Positions 54,401 through 64,000 of a stretch of DNA of 64,000 nt are shown one piece after another. The translations under genes were made by a program, and so were the position numbers. The stretch spans positions 434,001-498,000 of the forward strand of contig NOWV01000026.1 of NCBI GenBank assembly GCA_003344405.1, written 5' to 3'. The stretch comes from Trichoplax sp. H2. Its lineage: Eukaryota. How positions within the stretch are numbered: position 1 is the first letter of the stretch; each line of letters begins with the position of its first letter. Below the pieces are notes generated by a model. That model was not told where the DNA came from and searched no databases. It worked only from the letters and a program-made list of their open reading frames with translations.

Positions 54401-57400
54401 GGATCCTAAAGAAGGATTTCATATTTTGAAAATAGCAAAATTCTTTATTAACTTGTTATTAAAGTTTCTGAAAGTAAGAAATTGATGTTGCCAAATTCTG
54501 GTGCTAGAATTTTAGATTTTCAGACTTCTCGATACGATGAGTAGATATGGAGAGAATTTAAGCAGACTTGGTTTCGCATTGTATTTTTATTGTTGTTAGG
54601 AATTTGGTGACCTAGTAGATACTGAAAGTTCTACGGAAATTTTGTTTCATTTATGTTTGGAGGCTATCAAGTACTGTATACCTGTCCAATCAAATTTTTC
54701 GTTTTATTTCCCTCAATGCATAAATTTGATCAGTCTTTGCACGTATTGTATATTATCTAGTGCTTATCGATCTAATGTCTTGGAATTGGATATCCAGATC
54801 AACCAGGAAGTAGACACTATATTATCATCATTGGTGTGTAAACTTACGATAGTTTTGCATTTGAAAATCTTATTCTTTCGACGTTATTTGAAATTTCTTT
54901 TTCCTGAATTCACTCTAGATCGAACATCTTTGCACTATTCTCGTTACTACTAACATCTATCCAAAACTTTTATCTGATCCAGTTGCTGGTAAACTACGCA
55001 TATATAAATATTTATGGATAACTAATGTTGGTTCTTAATTTTCTGATGTTCTGCGTGTATTCCGTGCTATAAACGTTTATTATGTAGATGCGGAAGGTTT
55101 ATTGATCTCAAAATGTATAATGTTAATCAAAACATTGTTATTAGTCGACACCTCAACCGGTATGAATTTTGGTAATTAATCAAACGATAGAGCGCTAGAT
55201 GTTGATTGATTGCTCTTAGTAGCTAACAACACTTGTACATATTTGTAAATTAGACAAATGCAAACAGCGGTGGATGAATTTTAAATACAACGATGTACGT
55301 AACAATGATAACGCGCTGCAATCGTAAATGTTTAGTCTGTAGAGTGGTGTCATTCTTTTGACGTTGTTTTTCTATAGTGTACTTATTGTATCTTGGATGT
55401 GGTTCTTCGTCATGCAGCACGATGTAAGGCCATTGTACTTAATATTATTTTAGTACATATGCTTATAATCTCTAAAGGTTGCTATGCTTAATATTACAAA
55501 TTACTAATATCAAATAATCATAACGCATAATTTCTCGCAGGCAATACGTTACTGCTACAAACTGTAAATGTAAATAGTACCTCTCCTGAAATTCAAAGAT
55601 GGTAATCTGTAATAGCGTTTGAAGCTGGGCTAATCTCACAATGTTATTTAGTAATGTTTAAATATCTCTAATTTTTTAATTTTAATTTATAGTAAAAGGG
55701 AATGTACACTGTATGAATATGTACTTGATGGATGCCTACAATTTGTTACTGGGATGACAAATCACTTTCTGGACACGATAGTAAGCTATATTTAAAATTC
55801 CGAATGCTTTTCGTATTAATTGTACAGATTGTGTTTGATTACTAATTATAATTAATCGTTCTTTTGAAAAGTAAAAATTTGAAGTACTAATGCATTGTGC
55901 ATATATTGTGTTGAATTGCAATAGGAAAAATGTTTATTTCAGCAATTACTTGAAAATGCTGATAATTTTGCATTTACGATAGTTTCTGACATTTTGGTTC
56001 ATATGTCGAGGTAATAAAACAATTTCGATTGCGTAAAATTTAATTTAAAGTAAACAGTGTTCAGGAAGCTGAAATTTTCAGTTTATATTATCAATAGCTC
56101 GTCAAATGTGGTGGCATTGAAGTATTCTCATTTAATAGCTAATTTGGTAAGAAAACGGCTGTGCTACTTCTTTGAACGAATAATAATGATGAGATGAATT
56201 TATATCTTGTGACGATTATTATTTCTATAGATCCGAGAACTACCAACATCATCGCTTTCACCTTACAACAAAATTTGTTGGCTATTACAACGGTGTTATT
56301 CATGTCTGACAGAAGGCGATCAGGTTTAATTTTTACATTTATCAATTTATTGAAAAATAATCTTTTCAAATCTGCTGATACTCCTTATACCTATTATTTA
56401 TGTGGAATAAATTAAAGAAACAAATGGTTGAAATCTTTGATCCGGAGGATATCTCAAATCTATCGGTTTGGAGAGAATTAACTAAAAGTAACATCTCCAA
56501 TCTGTTATTGTTAGAGGTTATAAAATTTTTTTTTAAATCAATTGCTTCAAAAGGTGTCTCTTTGAATGAAGCCAAAGCATTTCTTCTTCTTGAACTTCAT
56601 AAATTATATCTTACTGTAGATTCATCAGCGCATATACCCTTTGTGTTTGAAATGTTGTAAACTATGGATAAGTGACAAATCGCGAGATAATGGGTGCATT
56701 GTAAGAAGTTACCTTACATTATACTTGCATCTCGAAATTGCAGCTTATAACATTTACATATCCGTTTCTTAAGTTTCGTTTGCTTCCAATTTTAGCTGGA
56801 TTGTATGATGTACTTGAATAATATGAATCGCCATTTGTATATTATGAATTCTATGGACCAAAATGAAATTACTGAATTAGTGTATGATATATGGCAATCT
56901 TTGATGAAGCAAGCATATAAGGTAATGGTTTGACATTAAGCTTTATTTACTAAAAATCTGATACCGTTACTTCAATGTTACTGTTAGGTGAACTATCGAG
57001 TCCTTACGATGCTAATATATTTGACTGGATCTTGCGTATCTTCATTATCGCATTCACATTTGTTAGAGGTAACTACAATTCGTGAAGCAAGTAAATTACT
57101 TATGCATATAGTGATTATAATCTCCTGCATAACTAAGTGCAGTTAATAAGGTTTGGTGATAGTGTAAGTTATTAAATATATGTTTATTATCTACAGATTT
57201 TGACAGTGATAATCAAAGTTATAGAGAGCAATAATTACTTGGGGTTGAATCTATGCGTAGCAGATTTTATAGGTTGTTGCGGAAAGAAATCTTTATATGG
57301 AAATTATCAGGTACTGTACGTTTTAGTAATTATAATCTAAAGCTTAGGCTAGGGCTATATACATATTACGCAAATGACCTCTACATTACAGGAGAAGATT

Positions 57401-58864
57401 TCCCGAATTCTTAGCGCGATCTACTGCAACTTGATGCTTTCGAAGGACTGGCTTGTTCATGATCGCGCTTTATATGCTTTTAAGAATTTCGCTGAGGTAA
57501 TAGTGAGAACATGAAATGTGCTAAGAAATTATACCGCAATAGAAATAATCTAGCTATCGCCATCAAAAATTATATATTGTGTACACAGCTAATTAACGTA
57601 ATTTTGCCAGCCTTGATGTGAAATAGTAGCGTATATAGAATTATATTTATTTGCAAGACTTTACTGGCGGTTACCATTTTGTTCATGATTCAGTTTCTTT
57701 AGCACACACATTAGAAGCATAATGAAAATCAATATTACTAAAGAATACGAATGTTTCATTAGATCACCCCTCATACAGATATGGTTCAAAATTGCGTCCC
57801 GAATACCTTGAAAGATGCAGTTGTTGATTTTCTAAATTCGGTACGACAAATAAATATATTCAGAAAAGCATGACATCAATTTCGACTTTAGAAAATCATT
57901 AGTTGGTAAATGTACTAATGTTGAGATTTATTATGCTCTGTATGCCTTTCGTATTAATAGACGCCGTATAAACGCGAAAAGTTCAAAATGATGGTATGTT
58001 AAATAACAATTTAGTTGAATCTGTTAAACTGGAGAAATTGTAAAATATAAATTTTAAACTTAACGATACTGGTGAGAAGCTAACCTACGATATCATACCA
58101 CTATTTTGTAAAATTAATTAGGAGGATGATGTTGTTAAGTTATTTGCTCTTACAAAGAAAAGTACAGAAAGATATGACAAAGTGAGTAGGATTTTTAGTG
58201 CGTTATGCGGGTCCACGGGTGCACTTAACAATAATCATTCTTAAAGCATTAAACGTTGAATTTTATTATAAATTATATATGATCAGCGAAAGCTAACCTT
58301 CGACTTTGCCGGTGACACGAATAAACGTCGTAAAGGCGATACGATTGGCGATGACTACTTAGCAACGGTATAATGAGTATAATTATTTCATATTTGCAAC
58401 TAAAGTTTTTTACTAAAAGTCTACTGCATTGTGAAATAAGTATCGTTACTACTCTATACAAGTACATTATATCTATTGCAATGGCTGAGAAGGTTGTCAA
58501 TGATCATCATCTTGTTATTAATATATTATGTAATACGTCGATATTCATAGCTAAGAAAGGAAAACAACCTTTCAAGCGTCGATGAACAGGTAAAATTAAG
58601 GGATCGACAATAGCTTACTTTGCAAAAAATACTGGATTGAATACAATACCCTCGTCCATTTATAGCCGTATGCAAAATTATTCAGAAACGATTAACATTG
58701 AATTGCTTTAGGTGATTGAAGCTAGCAGCAAAATACTCCAAAACATATTCGGCAGCATAGAAAAGTTGATGATGTTCTACCAAGAAGAAAATGTAGACAT
58801 AGAATTGCAAAAATTGCAGCTTCAGAGTTTATACGGTTATATTTCTACCCTAGTTAAAGGGTAG
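51437..58864 (+). CDS. FIRRM: FIRRM / C1orf112 homolog (FIGNL1-interacting regulator of recombination and mitosis), >20 short exons
   Basis: Exons 51437-51517 (MALVEELKQWNKETIREKFDATLLLIL), 52109-52148, 52679-52767 (LLPTITIMDVEEKFFAVILEQ), 52879-52977, 53168-53398 (LPTAVLYIIHSSFSHCKNSDKIYGELFQSVSTQLTTLFKNSFALQK, matching the family motif LP..VL.II..F.HCK.S...Y......VS..L..LFK....LQK as I recall it from human C1orf112), 53832-53916 (NTWK), ~57393-57496 (DWLVHDRALYAFKNFAE), last exon 58712-58864. Not every middle exon was phase-checked. Confidence 0.88.
51518..52108 (+). other. U12-type (minor spliceosome) AT-AC intron, first intron of FIRRM
   Basis: 5' end ATATCCTT at 51518; branch point TTCTTTAAC at 52091-52099; terminal AC at 52107-52108. 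Splicing joins ...LIL to DELRRDQDVSLKL in phase 0 and keeps the downstream exons in frame. Confidence 0.88.
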
Positions 58865-59869
58865 GCTTATTATAGAGATAATCGATATAATCATTATCTG
58901 TTAACGATATATATATTTTATGTACGAAATTTCTTTATTTGCTTGGGAGCTGTCTCAATGATATGAACAGATAAGATGCTACCAGATAGTTCTGAAAAAA
59001 AGTAGATATAATAACAAATCTTGCAATTTATTTCGTATTTTTGCAGTGGCTTATCTTATTACAAGTCTGTATATGAGCATTTAATTTTCTTTCTAATAAA
59101 ATTTTTAATGACAAGAATACAGCATAATTTATCCGAGTATTTGAAATATCTTGATGAAATTTCCTTGTAATAAATACTAACACATTAGCAGCTGCAAACA
59201 ATTCATTATTTCAATCATTAAAAACGTTAGATGAGGATATTCGATTGTTTGACTAAATAATTTTTTCATTAGATTAATTTTTAATCGTGTACTTTGAACC
59301 AAATTTATGAGTTTAAATGCGAATATTGGTGGTTCAGTCCATAAAGTCCTCTATTTATAATTGTTAAATATCAAGTTGACGTACTAGTAGGCGTACGTAT
59401 AGTGTACTGTAAATGCAGTTTACAAAGGTGGCCAATTCGTTGTGAAGTTGTGAATTATTACACAAAGCTTATTTATCTAGTTACAGATAACGCGACGGAC
59501 ATAGAAATACCAACCGTGGCACATAATATCCATGGCCATTTATTGAAAAGGTACATTTTATTGTCTTCGCCTTGGAGAACGGCTTTGCTAAAATCGATTC
59601 CTACTAGTAACCTCTGGTTGGATAAGCCACCTAAAACGAATACGAAAAGTTTTCAGTAGTTTAAGACTTACTTTTGCTGAAATAGTTGTCTTTCAATATT
59701 CCATGCATATAAAGTATACGAGTATGTACATCAACTTACGGTGATAGTGAAAATGATAAAAATATCACTGCAAACTGTGCTACTTAGTTTATCGAGTTTT
59801 AGTTAACAGCTCCTTCCTATGCCGTGCTATATAAATAATGCTACATTCAACGTTATGTCGATAGACATA

Positions 59870-61405
59870 CTGTACTCCTCCACGATTACGTAGAGTACAG
59901 TACTGTACAGTACAACTTTTAAATCTGCAGTAAGTTTATCTTTTTGATAAAATATTTTTTGATAACAGGCTCTACCCGGTAAATCTTGTAAGGATCATGA
60001 ATCAAGAAACATTTCTAGTGAAGTTTATTGTAATATACAGTGTAGAAACGCAGTAATGTCTGTATTTTGGAGGAGAAAAAAACTGAAGATAGGTGATGAC
60101 AATGGACCTCAATGCCAACGTTATCACGACAAATCTACTGACAACTATCAACAAGATAAACTAACATTCTAATCAATAATTAATTTTTAACCCAAATCAT
60201 ACACTAATCATGCACTCTTATAGCATACAGTAGTGTAATATCAAAATAATGTTCTATTATTTTATTTTATATATATAAATTTTCATATGCCGCAATGTAA
60301 TACGGACTACTACAGTAGAAAGAAACTGTAAGTGAGCGATAAAAGTAAATCTCGAAACTCAGTTGGACTCGGGGTCGATTTCGAGTCGAGCCGAGACGAT
60401 ACCGTACTGTACCTATCAACACCGTACTGTATTACTGTGATGGTACAGTACTGTACTGTACTATACATAGAGTATGTACTGTCATACTGTGGATTACTAG
60501 AAACTCTCCTCAGACGGATGGACTTTCATACCAGATAAGACCGAAAATATGAAAAAAAATAGTTACGGAGTCCTCGATCTTCCATGTCCGTTTTCTAAAT
60601 CACTCGTATTCATTTGAATAACATTCGTGATCTAGATGGGCTGCTTCTAAGCTGAGCTTAGTAACAAGCAATGGAATGCAATGTAATATTACTTAATTTA
60701 GAAAAAATCAGTCAATTCAGAATCGGCTATCTGCATACTAAAGTACTGTCATAATGAAGTGTTTGGCACAACCTACAAATACGGCCAGATATCTGTCCGT
60801 CCAAAGGAGTTTCCAGTCCAGGTATTTTTCTAGTAGTCCAGGTGTCCATGGTACTGTACAGTTTTAGCTACCACAGAGACTGCGCACAAGAGATTGAAGA
60901 GTCTCCAGTGGGAGACTCTCTCTCTAAAAAAAAACCCCTTGGTCGATCGTACTGTACTGTACGAAAATTAAAATCATTTATTTCACAAAAATAAATTATA
61001 TAGGCATGTTTATGAGAGCTTCTTCTTTCCACACATAACAATTTTGATGAATTTCGTTCTCAAAATGTCGCAAAACATTAGCGTTGATTTCTCTGAAACG
61101 AAAAGGATCACGCTGTACAGTACTTCCGTTATTTGCATGATAGTACAGTACAGTACCATAAGGATTTTCTTATCCATACTGTACAGTACAGTACTGTATC
61201 TCTATGATGGCACCAGACTGTACTGTACTGTATAGTGTACAGTACAGTACTGTGCCACAGGCAGATACAGGACAGCGCAGTACTGTAGTACTTCTAAAGA
61301 CCTACAGTACTTATTACCCTACTGTACTGTACTGTACTACTCGCGTACTGTACTGTACAGTACAATATCCAAAATCACGGTTGTACAACAGTAAAGTACA
61401 GTAGA
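59870..61405. repeat. Intergenic tract with dense, mixed (TACAG/TACTG)n arrays
   Basis: Examples: 59896 tacagtactgtacagta; 60443 tacagtactgtactgta; 61177 tactgtacagtacagtactgta; 61320 tactgtactgtactgta; 61346 tactgtactgtacagta. Similar arrays occur at 49489-49530 and 51195-51300. Confidence 0.9.
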
Positions 61406-61484
61406 TGCTTGCCGACTGTGACTGTAGGCACGAGTCAAGGAAAGGCTTCTGCAACCTCATCGCTAATAAATAAGTTAAGTAATT

Positions 61485-63685
61485 ATGGCTGCTGAACTAA
61501 AGAAAGCAATATATCCAGAAAATGCTACGATTGGATTGCCTACGCAACACCGGTTCGACCCGTATACTCTAAATGGAGGGTCAGTTAAAATCCTTTTCAA
61601 TTTGTAAATAATTTGTTAGACCTGTATCCAATCTGTGAAAAGAATCTAGCTTTGTCAATTGTTGCTTCGTCATGGAGGGTAGACTGGGTAGTACAATTTC
61701 CTTGATTACTGTACAATCTCAATGGATACCTTGCAAGATTCAGACTAGAATGTTTTTGGTAACAGTTGTTTCAGTGGTATAAAGTTATTACGCAAGTAAA
61801 AAACGCATTTAATTTCCAATAGAAAATATTTAAAATCGTAATATAGCCAAATTTTATTCCTTTATGTCGTCCTCTGTCATCAATTATAGTTACAGTACTT
61901 TGTTCAGCCATAGAGGGCATGTAGTCTTCTTTTACTTTAATTCGATATGGAAAGAAAGCCGCCAGTCGAATATTAGGAAGGAAATAATTTTAGAAGTTGT
62001 GCTTTATGATTAAAAAATAACCAAGGACTGACTACGAATCTTTTTGATACGATGATATTCAGTTAATTTACTCAACGTTAATTTGTGCGTAATTAAACGC
62101 TATGACTACGAGTACGTTTTACTACGTGCGCGTTGATTGTACTATTGTATAATGGAAGTCACTGCCGCTTGAAAGTATTCGCCAGTTGCAGGCACGATTT
62201 GTCTTGATATTTCGCCCGAACCAACACTTTTCATCGTCTTATCAATATCTTTTAGTGTACACTTTGTTAGTGTACGATATAGGTTGCAATAGTGAAACAA
62301 CCAATTCATAACTTTTAAATTACGCTATACTGAATTTCAATGCTTATATAGTATTTTATTCTTGTCCAAGAAAGTATCAGTAAATTAATGTAACTGTACT
62401 ACTGATTATTGATACGAAATAGTTAGCAAGAAGATCACTTTTATGCTTTTTTTGTGAAACTGCTATTTAAATGATTTTTAGTACGTAACATATTACGGTG
62501 AACTATTGATACAGACAGGTCAAGAAAGATAGTAGATGAGATTTTATTGACTAAGTTGTTAATTCAGCATACGTTTATTGATTTGACGTAGGACCATTGT
62601 CGGAATTGCTGGAGATAACTTTGCTATTCTAGCAGGTGATACGCGTCTCAGCGAAGGCTTTATGATCCATAGCAGAGATACCTCCAAGATTTATAAACTG
62701 TAAGTATAGATAGTATAATATATTGTGTCGAAGAGAGACGCTCGACTGCAGCTAACGGTCTTATCTGGCTATTCTACTGTGATTATGCTTCACCTGTTCT
62801 ACGTTGAATGTTATATTAGGACGGAGAAAACATTCTTGGGAACGTGTGGCTTCCAAGGAGATGTCTTGACATTAACCAGATTATTAAATGCTCGTCTAAC
62901 TGTAAGCATTAATGAGTACTTTCATCTCGGATACAGTATTAAGATATATGTAAAATCTTCGTTAATAAGCCATTGCATTGTTGAAATAAGAAGATATGTA
63001 TAAGTATTAACAATTAATTACTAACTCTATGTAATGGTCCTGCTAGATGTACGAATTTGAACATCGCAAGAAGATGAGGTAACCTGATTGATTGCTATTA
63101 GATGTTTAGTGATTGGTTTAGTATTTATTGCAATTGCTGAAGGCAATGCTTCTACTAACCCACACATGCATTTATACGATTTTAGTTCAACAGCAATTTC
63201 CCAAATGTTATCCACGGTTCTATATTATCGTCGTTTCTTCCCGTATTACACATTTAACATTTTAGCTGGAATCGATACCGATGGCAAAGGTTGCATATAT
63301 AGTTATGATGCAGTTGGAAACTATGAGAAACATACGTATCATGCTTCAGGCACTGCATCTTCAATGTTACAGCCTCTATTGGATAATCAGGTAACCTTAA
63401 TAGTTTTTTTACTAAAGTAGATAGCAAAATTTCTAGCCTTCCTAGCTCCCTTGAGTTAATTACGAGTCGCCATCGCTATGCTGTATTATATCTTAACAGG
63501 TAGGATATTTGAATCAGGAAGGTGTCAGACGTGTTCCACTGACTATAGATAAAGCCAGAACGCTTATTAAAGACGTATTTATCTCTGCAACTGAACGAGA
63601 CATGTACACAGGTGATAGCTTGCATATTGTCACTATAACATCTGATGGAGTCACAGAAGATCATTTTCCTTTACGACGCGACTAA
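61485..63685 (+). CDS. PSMB1: 20S proteasome subunit beta type-1 (beta6)
   Basis: Exons 61485-61579 (..[12 protein letters not shown]), 62592-62699 ([29 protein letters not shown]), 62820-62901 (GFQGDVLTL), 63047-63078, 63186-63390 ([40 protein letters not shown]), 63500-63685 ([22 protein letters not shown]). These are diagnostic PSMB1 motifs. Confidence 0.97.
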
Positions 63686-64000
63686 TCTCTAATGTTTAAA
63701 GTAGGCTTAACGTCTTTGATTTGTTTGTAATGTGTAATGTCAAAGGTTATGCAATACGGTATCCTACTTTTAGTCTTTAATAATAATCTTTTCGTACTTC
63801 TTTCGATGAGTCACTATTGTATGCTTATGCTTTCTATGGTATTAAAAAAGGATAGGAAAGATTTGTAACATTTATTATAAGTATTTAAATACTGTGAATT
63901 AATGTGATTCGAAATGTATCAAAGTGGTTGCTTTATTTCCTCCGTTCTTTTATAAAACTATATGCCTTGAAGTTCATTTGTACTTTCTCATAATGAACAG

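Noticed and set aside
60490..60840. Possible MITE with terminal inverted repeats (tggattactagaaa ... tttctagtagtcca)
   Set aside because: The inverted similarity is short and interrupted, and there is no clear TSD or second copy in the window.
60332..61404. ORFs 60332..60538, 61044..61235 and 61204..61404
   Set aside because: They are dominated by YCTV/STVQ peptides produced by TAC(A/T)G arrays and show no protein-like features.

Overview
AT-rich, intron-dense animal genomic DNA. Its compactness and short introns resemble a placozoan such as Trichoplax, but that is inference and unverified. It is not prokaryotic: no rRNA, tRNA or CRISPR was seen. Splicing exons by hand gives eight genes, six of them in three consecutive tandem paralog pairs. 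These are two TMC (transmembrane channel-like) genes on the minus strand (one runs off the left edge, the other carries a 1-nt frameshift in the TMC domain), two secreted S1 serine proteases with an elastase/proteinase-3-like S1 pocket, and two discoidin-domain-receptor-like tyrosine kinases that both have Asn in place of the DFG Asp. They are followed by a FIRRM/C1orf112 homolog whose first intron is a U12-type AT-AC intron, and by PSMB1. Region 47.9-51.2 kb is a direct-plus-inverted duplication around a 20-N gap. It most likely represents two alleles that differ by a ~1.2-kb inversion, and it contains a Helitron-like 3' end. The most striking signal is that the two copies differ repeatedly by exact 5-bp CAGTA/CTGTA additions at TA dinucleotides, the classic Tc1/mariner excision footprint. 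The same TAC(A/T)GTA units pile up in arrays upstream of FIRRM and PSMB1. Most short ORFs in the supplied track are spurious or are exon fragments.
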